A stretch of 64,000 bases of DNA from Myxococcota bacterium (lineage in GTDB: Bacteria > Myxococcota_A > Polyangia > Polyangiales > Sandaracinaceae), in the NCBI GenBank assembly GCA_036149055.1, contig JAYZQJ010000089.1, forward strand, positions 1 to 64,000, given 5' to 3'. Under the pieces are notes generated by a model. It saw nothing but the letters and a program-made list of their open reading frames with translations. It was not told the DNA's origin and made no database searches. Below, piece after piece: positions 18,074 to 27,318 of the stretch (positions are counted from its first letter, which is position 1; every line of letters begins with the position of its first letter). Made by a program: the position numbers and the translations under genes.

Positions 18074-19705
18074 CTAACTCGCGCGCGCGGCGGCCTGCTC
18101 GGCGTCGAGCAGGGCGCGGACCGCGGAGAGCAGCTCGGACGGGGTGAAGACCTTGCGGAGGAACGCGGAGCCGGGCCCGCGAGGGATCGACGCCAGCACG
18201 TCCTGGTCGGCGTAGCCGCTGATGAAGAGCACGCGGAGCGCGGGCCAGCGGCGGCGGATCTCGCGGGCGAGCTCGGCGCCGTGCGCGCCGGGCAGCACGA
18301 TGTCGGTCACGAGCGCGTCGGGCGGATCGTCGAGCCGCGCGGCGAGCCGGAGCGCCTCCTCCGCGCTCTCGGCGACCGTCACGCGGTAGCCGGCGCCCTC
18401 GAGCGAGCGCGACAGCACCGCGCGCAGCGACGGCTCGTCCTCCACCACCAGGAGCCGCTCCGCGCCGCCGGAGGCCGGGGGGATCGTGGAGCGCCGATCG
18501 GTGGCCTCGTCGACCGCGCCCATCGCGCGAGGGAGCCACACCCGGAAGCGAGAGCCGTCGCCGGGCGCGCTGTCGACCTCCATGAAGCCGCCGCTCTGGT
18601 GCACCACCCCGTCGACCGAGCTGAGCCCGAGGCCGGTGCCGCGGTCCGGCGCCTTGGTCGTGAAGAACGGCTCGAAGACCTGCGAGAGCGTCTCGTCGTC
18701 CATGCCGACGCCGGTGTCCTCGACCTCGATCACGCTCCAGTCGCGCCCGTCTCGCTCCGCCTCGTGGACCCGCAAGGTGAGCGTGCCGCCGTCGGGCATC
18801 GCGTCCCGCGCGTTGACCGCGAGGTTGGCGATCACCTGCTCGAGCTGCCCCGGGTCGGCGTGAACGACGCAGGCGGCGTCGGCGAGCTCGACCCGGATCG
18901 CGATCGTCGCCGGGAGCAGGCGGCGCAGCATCTTGCGCATGCGGCCGACGAGCGCGGTGAGGCTGACGGTGCGCGGCAGCAGCACCTGACGCCGCCCGAA
19001 GGCGAGCAGCTGCCGGGTGAGCTCGGCGGCGCGCGTGGCCGCGTGGTCGATCTCCTGCACCTCGGCGCGCAGCGCCTCGTCCTGGATCTGGCGCTCGAGC
19101 AGCCCGGTGAAGCCGCGGATCACGGTGAGCATGTTGTTGAAGTCGTGCGCCACCCCGCTGGCCAGGCGCGCGATCGACTCCAGGCGCTGGGCCTCCTGCA
19201 GGGCCTCCCGCAGCTCCTCCCGCTCCTGCTCGGCGCGGCGCCACGCGTCGACGTCGCGCGCCACGCTCAGCAGGTGCACCGCGCCGTCGAGCATGAGCGC
19301 CCGCGCGGAGAAGAGGCCCCAGAGGGTCGAGCCGTCCTTGCGGCGGAACCGCGCCTCCAGGTTGCGCACCACGCCGCGCTCCTGGAGCTCGGCCGCCATG
19401 CGCCGCCGCACGTCGGGGTCCACCCAGAGATCCAGCTCCACCGTGGTCGCGCCGATCGACTCCTCGCGCGTCCACCCGGTGATCTCGGTGAAGCCCGCGT
19501 TGACGTCGACCATCTTCCCGTCGGCGGCGCGGGTGAGGCTGATCGCGTCGGGGCTCGTCTCGAAGGCGAGCCGGAAGCGCTGCTCGCTCAGGGCGAGGGC
19601 CTGCCGCGTCTCCTCGGCCTCCTCGGCCTCGGACTCCAGCTCCCGGATCCGCTGCTCCAGCGCCGCGACCCGGTTCCGAAGCTGCTTCGTCTCGTCCTGC
19701 GACAC
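18074..19705 (-). CDS. Cytoplasmic PAS hybrid histidine kinase (CckA/NtrB-like HisKA-HATPase-REC)
   Basis: Coiled coil, PAS (FETSPDAI...FRRKDGS), GVAHDFNNML, NARDAMP, FEPFFTTK, GTGLGLS, C-terminal receiver. Confidence 0.95.
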   Translation of the reverse strand: MSQDETKQLRNRVAALEQRIRELESEAEEAEETRQALALSEQRFRLAFETSPDAISLTRAADGKMVDVNAGFTEITGWTREESIGATTVELDLWVDPDVRRRMAAELQERGVVRNLEARFRRKDGSTLWGLFSARALMLDGAVHLLSVARDVDAWRRAEQEREELREALQEAQRLESIARLASGVAHDFNNMLTVIRGFTGLLERQIQDEALRAEVQEIDHAATRAAELTRQLLAFGRRQVLLPRTVSLTALVGRMRKMLRRLLPATIAIRVELADAACVVHADPGQLEQVIANLAVNARDAMPDGGTLTLRVHEAERDGRDWSVIEVEDTGVGMDDETLSQVFEPFFTTKAPDRGTGLGLSSVDGVVHQSGGFMEVDSAPGDGSRFRVWLPRAMGAVDEATDRRSTIPPASGGAERLLVVEDEPSLRAVLSRSLEGAGYRVTVAESAEEALRLAARLDDPPDALVTDIVLPGAHGAELAREIRRRWPALRVLFISGYADQDVLASIPRGPGSAFLRKVFTPSELLSAVRALLDAEQAAARAS

Positions 19706-19764
19706 CTGTCCCCAGCGTACGGCCGCGCGGGCCTCCTACGCATTCCTCAAATGGGGACAGTGTG

Positions 19765-21267
19765 TCACCGATGCAAGGCGGCCCGGGCGCGGCGCGGGAG
19801 GAGCTGGACGCGCGCGGGGAGGGCGGGGAGGGCGACCCGCGGGCGGGCGCCGAAGAGGTTCTTCTCGATCCGGCCGGCGACGTCCTGCAGGCCGAAGAGC
19901 GGCGGCCCCTCGCAGCCGAAGGGGAGCACCGCCTCGATCACCGCGTCGAGCGCCGCGCCGTGCACGCCGTTCCCGCGCGGGGTCGCGCAGGCCTGGAAGA
20001 GCGAGAGGTAGCCGAGCGCGGGGTCGGCGAAGGCGCTCAGGTACGCCGAGACCTCGTCGCGGGCGATCCCCTCGAGCCCGTCCGGGCAGCCGGGGCACGC
20101 GAGGTCGTCGCCGTCGGCCACGTGGCGCAGCTCGTGGGTCCCGACCGCGCGGGCTACCACCATCGCCAGCGTCTCGACCGCCACCTCGAGCCCCTCGGTC
20201 GTCGACAGGCGCTCCGAGGCGCCGATGATGCGCGCCGCCTCGTCGAGGGTGATGTCGGGACACTCGGGGTGGAACTGGCTGCGGTAGGCGGCCACCTCGA
20301 GCGCGCGCACGTCGCGCCGGCTCAGGCCGTTGTAGGGCAGCGAGTAGATGCGGAACTGGCTGCCGCAGGTCTCGCGCGCGGCCACCGAGCGCTCCACCTC
20401 CACCAGGGCCTGCTGGTCGACCGCGGTCTCGGCGAGGAGCCGGAACGTCTCCGGGGCGAGCTGGGCCTCGATCTCCTCGCGCACGAACGGCAGCCAGCTC
20501 CGCTCGGCCGGCGGGCGGCGCGCGTCGATCGCGGGGTGGAGCGCGGGCCAGACGTGCCGCACCGCGAAGTGCAGCACCCGCCGCATCAACACCATCGCGC
20601 CGTCGTCGCCGCGGCCCGCCTTGCCCATCCAGCCCTCGAGCAGGCTCGTGCGGTCGGCGCGCCGCACCAGACGGAGCCGGTGCCCCTGGGGGTTCCGGCC
20701 GTCGGCGAGGACCTCGTAGCTCAGGGTCCGGAACACCGGCCGCTCGCCGCCGAGCACGAGCGAGGCCTCGACGCGATACGGCACCCGCTGCTGGTCGAGA
20801 TAGTCGTTGTAGGCCCAGAGGAAGTAGTCGAGCCGGGGCGCGTGCGCGACCGGGTCCTCGCGCAGCCGCGCGTGCACGGTGGTCAGCAGCTCGTGCAGGT
20901 TCGGATCCGGCGCCACCTCGGCGGCCAGCCGCTCGAAGCTCCGGTCCGCCTGCCGCTCCCAGTAGGGGGAGGAGGCGTTGGCGAGGGCGATGCTCCAGCT
21001 CGGCAGGAGCCGCTCGTGCACCAGCGCGAAGTCGATCTCCGACAGCGCGCGGGCGTCCGGCTCGTGCGGCGGCTCGAAGCGGGGCTCCCCCTCGAGGTCG
21101 ATCTCGCCGCGCACGTAGCGCCGGACGTTCTCCCCCTCGGCCTGCCAGACGGGGGTGACGACGACCAGCAGGGCCCCGAGCGCCAGGCTGAACCGGAGCG
21201 CACGCCTCCGGCTGGCCCGCATGGCCGCCAGCGCCGCCTCGAAGTCGGCTCGGTCGTCGTCGCTCAT
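19765..21267 (-). CDS. Membrane-anchored hypothetical protein with HExxH zincin motif
   Basis: GGAGG SD, one N-terminal hydrophobic segment, THELRH followed by CPGC and DEVSAY. Confidence 0.7.
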   Translation of the reverse strand: MSDDDRADFEAALAAMRASRRRALRFSLALGALLVVVTPVWQAEGENVRRYVRGEIDLEGEPRFEPPHEPDARALSEIDFALVHERLLPSWSIALANASSPYWERQADRSFERLAAEVAPDPNLHELLTTVHARLREDPVAHAPRLDYFLWAYNDYLDQQRVPYRVEASLVLGGERPVFRTLSYEVLADGRNPQGHRLRLVRRADRTSLLEGWMGKAGRGDDGAMVLMRRVLHFAVRHVWPALHPAIDARRPPAERSWLPFVREEIEAQLAPETFRLLAETAVDQQALVEVERSVAARETCGSQFRIYSLPYNGLSRRDVRALEVAAYRSQFHPECPDITLDEAARIIGASERLSTTEGLEVAVETLAMVVARAVGTHELRHVADGDDLACPGCPDGLEGIARDEVSAYLSAFADPALGYLSLFQACATPRGNGVHGAALDAVIEAVLPFGCEGPPLFGLQDVAGRIEKNLFGARPRVALPALPARVQLLPRRARAALHR

Positions 21268-21274
21268 CGCCTCC

Positions 21275-21299
21275 GCACGGCCCCCCGAGAGGGCCGTGC
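21275..21299. terminator. GC-rich hairpin (terminator or 5'-UTR stem)
   Basis: GCACGGCCC-7nt-GGGCCGTGC between two minus-strand genes, directly upstream of the SD. No U-tract. Confidence 0.35.
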
Positions 21300-21330
21300 C
21301 CCCTCAGACTACGGCCGAACCGAAAAGTTC

Positions 21331-22941
21331 TCACGGATCTCGAGGCGCCTCGAGCACGGTGTACCAGGCGTCCTCGAACCGGATGTCGTGCCGCGAGTAC
21401 CCCCGGCGCACGAGCTGCCGGACCCGCGGCCGCAGGCCGAAGGTGACGAAGAAGGTCGGCGGCTCGCGCGCGAGCATCTCCCGGTACTCCGCGACCCATT
21501 CTGGCCTGCGATTCGGCCCGTCCCCGTAGAGGAAGCGCGATGGGCAGCGGAGCTTGGTCATCTGATAGACCATCATGATCCACCCATCCAGACAGAGGGT
21601 GTCGCCCGGTCGAGCGCGCGAGGTCACGTAGTCGGCGACTCGCCGGAGCCGGTTGTAGTCCTCCAGCGGCCCATCCCGGTGTGGCGCGTGGTGGTCCGTC
21701 GCGGTCCGGCGGCCGATGAGGAAGGGCCAGAAGCTGGCGTGCTCGTCGAGATAGCTGTGCTGCGACTGGTGAGTTCCCGCCGGCTGGTAGCAGAAGAAGG
21801 CCGCCATCAGCGCGACGGCGACACCGAGCTGAGCGACCCCCCGGCGCGGTAGCTGGACGCGCAGGCCCCACCCCGCCGCCAACGCGAGGAACGGGACCAT
21901 GGTGACGAAGTAGTACGTCCAGACGAAGGACACGAAGCCGCGCTTCTGCACGGCCACCGAGACGAACGCCGTGGCGAACGTCAGCAGTACGATCCACCCG
22001 ACGGCTCGCTCTCGTCGGTGGCGGTTCGCGAAGGTGGTCGCGAGGCCCGCGTAGAGCGCCGCCAGCGCGGCGACGAAGGCGAACAGACCGTGGTCGTACG
22101 TCAGGAATGGGGGCGGACCCCGATGGTGGCCGCCGACGCTCTTCCCCGCGTAGTCGAGGATGAAGGTGACCATCGTCTCCCACAGGACGTCGAAGTGACC
22201 CGCGAGGGCCCACGGAAGAACGGTCAGGCCGAGGACCCCGCCCACGGCCGCCGTGAACAGCGCAGCGTTTCGCAGCGCGCGGCGCGGCTCGGGGCTCTCG
22301 CGCCGTAGGGCGAGCACGACGATCAGGGCTCCCGCCAGCACCCCCGTCACGAACGCGACGTGCTTGAAAGTCACCGCGGCCATCGCCATCGCGCCGGCGG
22401 CGAATGCTCTCCGAGGAGAGATCCGCAGGTCGGGCGCCCGAGCGACGATCCACACGCTGCTCAGCATCAGCACGCCTTGCCAGAGCTCGGGGTGGCCAGT
22501 GTCCGAGAAGTCGAAGAACGTGTAGTGGAAGGTGGCCGCGAGCACCCACGCGGCGCCCAGCTCGCCCGGCACGCGCTGCGGGCGCTCGATCGTCGCGCCG
22601 GGGAGGGTTGCCTGGCGCCGAAACGTCGCCACCAGCCAGCCTCCGATCGCGATGAACAGCACGTCCACGATCCGGACCGTGACCATGGAGTCGCCGAAGA
22701 CGGCCTGTGCGCCCGCCAGCAGCGCGAAGACGCCCGGAGCCTTGGTGCTCAGCGCCGAGACGTAGGGAAGCTCGCCCTCGAGCAGTCGCTCCGCGATGTA
22801 CCAGTGGATCGGCTGGTCCTTCGAGAACGGATACCAGAGCGACGGGAGCGCGTAGACCAGCGCGACCAGGCCTCCGACGAGATCCGGCCACCAGCGTCTG
22901 AGCCAGGCGAGGGCGCGGCTTGTACGGACGACGGGGAGCAT
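21331..22941 (-). CDS. GT-C fold (ArnT/PMT-2-like) integral membrane glycosyltransferase
   Basis: About 11-12 TM segments. First-loop motif SKDQPIHWYIAERLLEGELPY...TKAPG; soluble periplasmic C-terminal domain. Confidence 0.8.
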   Translation of the reverse strand: MLPVVRTSRALAWLRRWWPDLVGGLVALVYALPSLWYPFSKDQPIHWYIAERLLEGELPYVSALSTKAPGVFALLAGAQAVFGDSMVTVRIVDVLFIAIGGWLVATFRRQATLPGATIERPQRVPGELGAAWVLAATFHYTFFDFSDTGHPELWQGVLMLSSVWIVARAPDLRISPRRAFAAGAMAMAAVTFKHVAFVTGVLAGALIVVLALRRESPEPRRALRNAALFTAAVGGVLGLTVLPWALAGHFDVLWETMVTFILDYAGKSVGGHHRGPPPFLTYDHGLFAFVAALAALYAGLATTFANRHRRERAVGWIVLLTFATAFVSVAVQKRGFVSFVWTYYFVTMVPFLALAAGWGLRVQLPRRGVAQLGVAVALMAAFFCYQPAGTHQSQHSYLDEHASFWPFLIGRRTATDHHAPHRDGPLEDYNRLRRVADYVTSRARPGDTLCLDGWIMMVYQMTKLRCPSRFLYGDGPNRRPEWVAEYREMLAREPPTFFVTFGLRPRVRQLVRRGYSRHDIRFEDAWYTVLEAPRDP

Positions 22942-22957
22942 CGGGGGACGGACGGTA

Positions 22958-23917
22958 TCAATCGTTGCTGGGATTGCGGGCGGGAAGCATCACCCACCCC
23001 GTGGCGGCGGTCGCCAGCGCGTACCCGAAAGAGATCACGGAGAAGCCGAAGGCGGACGCGATGGCCGTCTCCGCCTCCAGGCCGACTGCGGCGAAGCCGA
23101 GGGACCACCCGGCTTCGAGCGGCCCGAAGCTTCCGACCCCGGCCACGGGGACGAGCGCGCCGAACACCGAGCCGGTTCCGCCCAGGACGGCCTGGGCCAG
23201 GGTCGCCTCCACCCCCATCGCGGCGAGCATCACCCAGAGGAGGCCGAAGTTCACCACCCACTGGACCAGGGTGATGGCGTGGAGGCCTGCCAGGGTGCGG
23301 GCGGGAAGAGCGGCGGCCTCCACGAACGCGCGCTCCAGCGCGGCCGCAGGCCCGGCCAACCGATCGCCGAGGGTGGCCGCCCGAGCGACGACGTGACCGG
23401 CCAGTCGAAACAGCGGTCTCACGCCGAGCGGGGCGAGCGCGCCGAGCCCAGCCGCACCCAACAGCCATGGGGCGGGGGCCCCCCCGAACACCAGCAGCGC
23501 CACCGCGAAGAGCCCGAGGATCGTCGTGAGGTCCAGCACCCGCACCAGCAAGACGCCGACCAGGCTCTGACTCATCGTCCCGCCGCCGTGTCTGCGCATG
23601 AGCCAGGCGAAGCCGAGCTCGCCGGTACGGAAGGGCATCACGCGCAACAGCAAGGCGTGCACGAGATGCGCGCCCAGCAGCAGCCGCGTCGACGCGGTCG
23701 GCGCGAGGCTACGGAAGCGAAGCGCACGGACCGCCTGCAGTACGAAATAGATCGCCAGCCCGCCCGCCGTCAGCGCGGGGTCGACGCCGGTCAGGACTCG
23801 GCCCACCTCCGACACCTCGACGCGCGACGCCAACCCGCCGAGGAGCGCCAGAGTGGCCGTCACGCCGAGCGCCGCCCGGAGCGGCGAGATGCGTCGTGTG
23901 CTGGGCTTCGTTGACAT
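22958..23917 (-). CDS. LPG_synthase_TM / UPF0104 flippase-like membrane protein
   Basis: RALRFRSL, VMPFRTGEL, VRVLDL, PVAGVGSFGPLEAG; polytopic. Start ATG 23917. Confidence 0.85.
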   Translation of the reverse strand: MSTKPSTRRISPLRAALGVTATLALLGGLASRVEVSEVGRVLTGVDPALTAGGLAIYFVLQAVRALRFRSLAPTASTRLLLGAHLVHALLLRVMPFRTGELGFAWLMRRHGGGTMSQSLVGVLLVRVLDLTTILGLFAVALLVFGGAPAPWLLGAAGLGALAPLGVRPLFRLAGHVVARAATLGDRLAGPAAALERAFVEAAALPARTLAGLHAITLVQWVVNFGLLWVMLAAMGVEATLAQAVLGGTGSVFGALVPVAGVGSFGPLEAGWSLGFAAVGLEAETAIASAFGFSVISFGYALATAATGWVMLPARNPSND

Positions 23918-23975
23918 GCGCGTCGCGGGTGGGAGGATAGACCCCGCGGCCCCGTCGCGCGCGCTTCCCTTCGTC

Positions 23976-24962
23976 ATGGATCCCGTCATCAGCGTCGTCG
24001 TCCCCTTCCTCGACGAGGAGGGGACACTCGAAGAGCTTCACGAGCGCCTCGTGCACGTCCTCGAAGCCGAGGGTGAGCCCTTCGAGATCCTCTTCATCGA
24101 CGACGGGAGCACCGATGGGGGCCCTCGTGTCGTGGAGCGGCTCGCCGCCGAGCATGCGCACGTGGGTCTCGTCCGCTTCCGGCGCAACTTCGGCAAGGCC
24201 GCGGCGCTGGATCAGGGCTTCAAGCTCGCCCGCGGACGCTACGTCTTCACCATGGACGCCGACCTCCAGGACGATCCGTCCGAGCTACCGCGACTCCTCG
24301 CGGCGCTCGAGGACCGCGACCTGGACGTCGTCAGCGGCTGGAAGGAGAAGCGGAACGATCCGATCACGAAGACCGCGCCTTCGAAGCTCTTCAACGCGAC
24401 GGTGCGGGCGCTCTCGGGCCTCCGAATCCACGACTTCAACTGTGGCCTCAAGCTCTACCGCCGCGAGGCGCTCGAGGGGCTCGAGCTCTACGGAGAGCTG
24501 CACCGGTACATCCCCGTTCTGGTCCACGGCCGGGGCTTCCGCGTCGGCGAGCTCTCGGTCACGCACCACGCGCGCAAGTGGGGGCGCAGCAAGTACGGCG
24601 TGGAGCGCATGGCGCGCGGCCTCTTCGACCTGATGACGGTGGTCTTGCTGACCCGCTACCGCCGCCGTCCGCTGCACCTCTTCGGTTGGGCGGGGTTGGC
24701 GATGTCGTCCCTCGGCGTGCTGTGCCTGGCGTACCTCACCGTGCTCTGGTTCCTCGGTCAGGGCCCGATCGGGACGAGGCCGCTCTTCTTTCTGGGGATC
24801 CTCCTGCTGATGCTCGGCGTGCAGCTCGTCTCTACCGGCCTGCTCGGCGAGATGATCAACAGCACCCGCGGGGTCGAGCGGACCTACACGGTGCGCTCCA
24901 AGATCCTTCCCGACGTACGCCCCGACGCTGCGGGGGATGCCTCGCGGCTGGAGGCGTCGTGA
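23976..24962 (+). CDS. GT2 polyprenyl-phosphate glycosyltransferase (ArnC/GtrB/DPM1-like)
   Basis: ISVVVPFLDEE, IDDGSTD, RRNFGKAAAL, MDADLQDDP, DFNCGLK, GRSKYG, two C-terminal TMs. Confidence 0.93.
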   Translation: MDPVISVVVPFLDEEGTLEELHERLVHVLEAEGEPFEILFIDDGSTDGGPRVVERLAAEHAHVGLVRFRRNFGKAAALDQGFKLARGRYVFTMDADLQDDPSELPRLLAALEDRDLDVVSGWKEKRNDPITKTAPSKLFNATVRALSGLRIHDFNCGLKLYRREALEGLELYGELHRYIPVLVHGRGFRVGELSVTHHARKWGRSKYGVERMARGLFDLMTVVLLTRYRRRPLHLFGWAGLAMSSLGVLCLAYLTVLWFLGQGPIGTRPLFFLGILLLMLGVQLVSTGLLGEMINSTRGVERTYTVRSKILPDVRPDAAGDASRLEAS

Positions 24963-25558
24963 CCGCTGCACCGCCGACTTCGAACTACGGCAAGTACCAG
25001 ACCGGAAACCCGGTGATGCGTTGGGTGATCGCGCGCTTCCTCGATCGGGTGGTCGCGCTCGTTGGCGCGCAGGAGCCTCGGACGGTCGTGGACCTCGGGT
25101 GCGGGGAGGGGATGGTCGCGCGCCGGCTGTCGGGCGACATCGACTACCTGGGGCTCGAGCTGAACCCCGTCGCGGTCGAGGTGGCGCGGCGCGAGGTCCC
25201 CGCCATGCGCTTCGAGGTCGCGGATATCGTGCGGCGGGCGCCGGAACGCGACTGGGCCGATGTCGCGCTCTGCCTGGAGGTCCTGGAGCATCTCGACGAC
25301 CCCGAGCCGGCCGTCGCGCGCATCGCCGAATGGACGCGCGGGGTGGCCATCGTCTCGGTGCCGTGGGAGCCCTTCTTCCGTGGGGGCAACTTCTTGCGCG
25401 GGAAGTACGTGGCGCGACTGGGCAACCACCCGGAGCACGTTCAGCAGTTCGGGCCCCGCGCGCTCTCTCGTCTGCTGGAGCGCCACTTCCGCGTCGTCCG
25501 GATCGAGACCTGTTTCCCGTGGCTCATCGCGGTGGCTGCGGGTACACGGGAGTCATGA
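24959..25558 (+). CDS. Class I SAM-dependent methyltransferase
   Basis: VVDLGCGEG, CLEVLEHLDDP, SVPWEP...HPEH. GTGA overlap with the GT2. Confidence 0.9.
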   Translation: MTAAPPTSNYGKYQTGNPVMRWVIARFLDRVVALVGAQEPRTVVDLGCGEGMVARRLSGDIDYLGLELNPVAVEVARREVPAMRFEVADIVRRAPERDWADVALCLEVLEHLDDPEPAVARIAEWTRGVAIVSVPWEPFFRGGNFLRGKYVARLGNHPEHVQQFGPRALSRLLERHFRVVRIETCFPWLIAVAAGTRES

Positions 25559-26289
25559 GCCGAGACGCGAAGTTCTTCGGGGTGCACGCGTGCGAGGCCG
25601 TGTTCGCGCGGCGACCGGACGCGATCCAGCGCGCCTTCTTCACCGAGGCGACGGCGCCGCTCTTCGGGCCGCTGATGAAGCAGCTCGCGGCGCGGCGGCG
25701 GCCGTATCGGGTGGTGGACGAGGTGGAGCTGGCCAAGGTGGCCGGCACGCGGCACCACGAGGGGGTCTGCGTGGTGACCGATCCGCTGCCCGAGGGCGAC
25801 TCCGACGCGGTGCTCCGGCGGCTGCTCGCGGCGCCGAGCGCGCGGCTGCTCTTCCTGGACGGCGTGGGCAACCCGCACAACGTGGGCGCGATCCTGCGCA
25901 CGGCGGCCCACTTCGGGAACGCGGCGCTCGCGGGGGACGCCGAGACGCTGTCGGTGCCCTCCGGCGCGACGGCGCGGGTCGCGGAGGGCGGGGCGGAGCA
26001 CGTGCCGGTGCTGCGCTGGAAGCACCCGCTCCGGGGGCTCGAGCGGCTGGCCGAGCACGGCTTCGCCCGGGTGGCGACGGTGGTCGACCGCGGCACGCCG
26101 CTCCACCAGGCCGAGCTGCCGGCCCGCTGCGCGTTCCTCCTCGGGGCGGAGCGCGAGGGGCTCTCGCGGGAGGTCCGGGAGGCCGCCGACGTGACGGTGA
26201 CGATCCCCGGGACCGGCGACGTCGAGAGCCTGAACGTGAACGTGGCCGCGGCGATCCTGCTCGCCGAGCACGCCCGCCGGCACGGCTGA
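25555..26289 (+). CDS. SPOUT/TrmH family RNA methyltransferase (YfiF-like)
   Basis: LDGVGNPHNVGAILRTA, LLGAEREGL, IPGTGDVESLNVNVAAAI. Confidence 0.92.
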   Translation: MSRDAKFFGVHACEAVFARRPDAIQRAFFTEATAPLFGPLMKQLAARRRPYRVVDEVELAKVAGTRHHEGVCVVTDPLPEGDSDAVLRRLLAAPSARLLFLDGVGNPHNVGAILRTAAHFGNAALAGDAETLSVPSGATARVAEGGAEHVPVLRWKHPLRGLERLAEHGFARVATVVDRGTPLHQAELPARCAFLLGAEREGLSREVREAADVTVTIPGTGDVESLNVNVAAAILLAEHARRHG

Positions 26290-27164
26290 TGCGCGCGGCC
26301 TACCTGGCGCCGGAGGGCTTCGAGGAGGAGCTCGCCTTCGAGCTCGGCGAGGTGGAGCGGCGTCACGGGCGGCTGCTCGTGGCGCCCGGCCCGCCGCGCC
26401 CCGTGGCGTGGGCGCAGAACGTGTGGCTGGAGCCCGAGATCCGGCCCATCGCCTCGATCGGCGACGCGGCCAAGCAGCTGCGGGCCATCCAGCGAAACTG
26501 GGCGCTCTACTCGCACGTGGAGCACCGCCGGGCCGCGCTGATCCAGGACAAGCTCCCGCACGTGTCGGCCAAGCCGATCGCGCCCTACACGCCGCTCCCC
26601 GAGGCGCCGCTGGGCTCGTGGACGCTGCTCGACCGCGACACGATGATGTTCTCGGCCGCGTGCACGAGCCCGTTCCCCCACGGCGAGGTCCGCTTCGAGG
26701 AGGATCGCGAGGGGCCGCCGAGCCGCGCCTACCTGAAGCTCTGGGAGACGTTCACGCTGCAGGGCGTCTGGCCGCAGCCCGGGGAGAGGGTGATCGACGT
26801 CGGGAGCGCGCCGGGCGGCTGGACCTGGGTGCTCGCCCAGCTCGGGGCCGACGTGATCAGCGTCGACAAGGCGCCGCTCGACCCGCGGGTCGCGGCGATG
26901 CCCAACGTGACCTATCGGGGCGAGAGCGCGTTCGGCCTCGACCCGGAGCCGGTCGACTGGTTCTTCAGCGACGTCATCTGCTACCCGACCCGCCTCTTCG
27001 AGCTGGTCGAGCGCTGGCGCGACTTCGCGACGCGCTTCGTCTGTACGCTCAAGTTCCAGGGCGAGACCGACCACGAGACCGCGGCCCGCTTCGCCGCGAT
27101 CGAGGGCTCACGTCTCGTGCACCTCGGCGCGAACCGTCACGAGCTCACCTGGTTGCGTCTCTGA
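26289..27164 (+). CDS. RlmM-like (FtsJ family) rRNA 2'-O-methyltransferase, short form
   Basis: PPSRAYLKLWE, DVGSAPGGWT, FSDVICYP, TLKF, distal Glu (K-D-K-E tetrad). Confidence 0.82.
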   Translation: MRAAYLAPEGFEEELAFELGEVERRHGRLLVAPGPPRPVAWAQNVWLEPEIRPIASIGDAAKQLRAIQRNWALYSHVEHRRAALIQDKLPHVSAKPIAPYTPLPEAPLGSWTLLDRDTMMFSAACTSPFPHGEVRFEEDREGPPSRAYLKLWETFTLQGVWPQPGERVIDVGSAPGGWTWVLAQLGADVISVDKAPLDPRVAAMPNVTYRGESAFGLDPEPVDWFFSDVICYPTRLFELVERWRDFATRFVCTLKFQGETDHETAARFAAIEGSRLVHLGANRHELTWLRL

Positions 27165-27184
27165 AGGCGTCGGCGACGGCGCGC

Positions 27185-27315
27185 TCCAGCCGCTCGATCT
27201 CGTCGCTGGATTGAAGACAGCTGAGCCCGCGCGAAATCGTTGGAACGACGTTCAAACGATTCCATGCGCGGGCTCGGCGGTCCAAACGATTCGCTGGACG
27301 TCCGCGTATGCGGAC
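27185..27315. repeat. Cluster of palindromes between convergent genes (bidirectional terminator or REP-like element)
   Basis: GAGCCCGCGC...AATCGTTGGAACG-A-CGTTCAAACGATT...GCGCGGGCTC (27223-27275), plus TCCAGC/GCTGGA, GTCCA/TGGAC and GTCCGC-GTAT-GCGGAC stems. Confidence 0.7.
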
Positions 27316-27318
27316 TGA

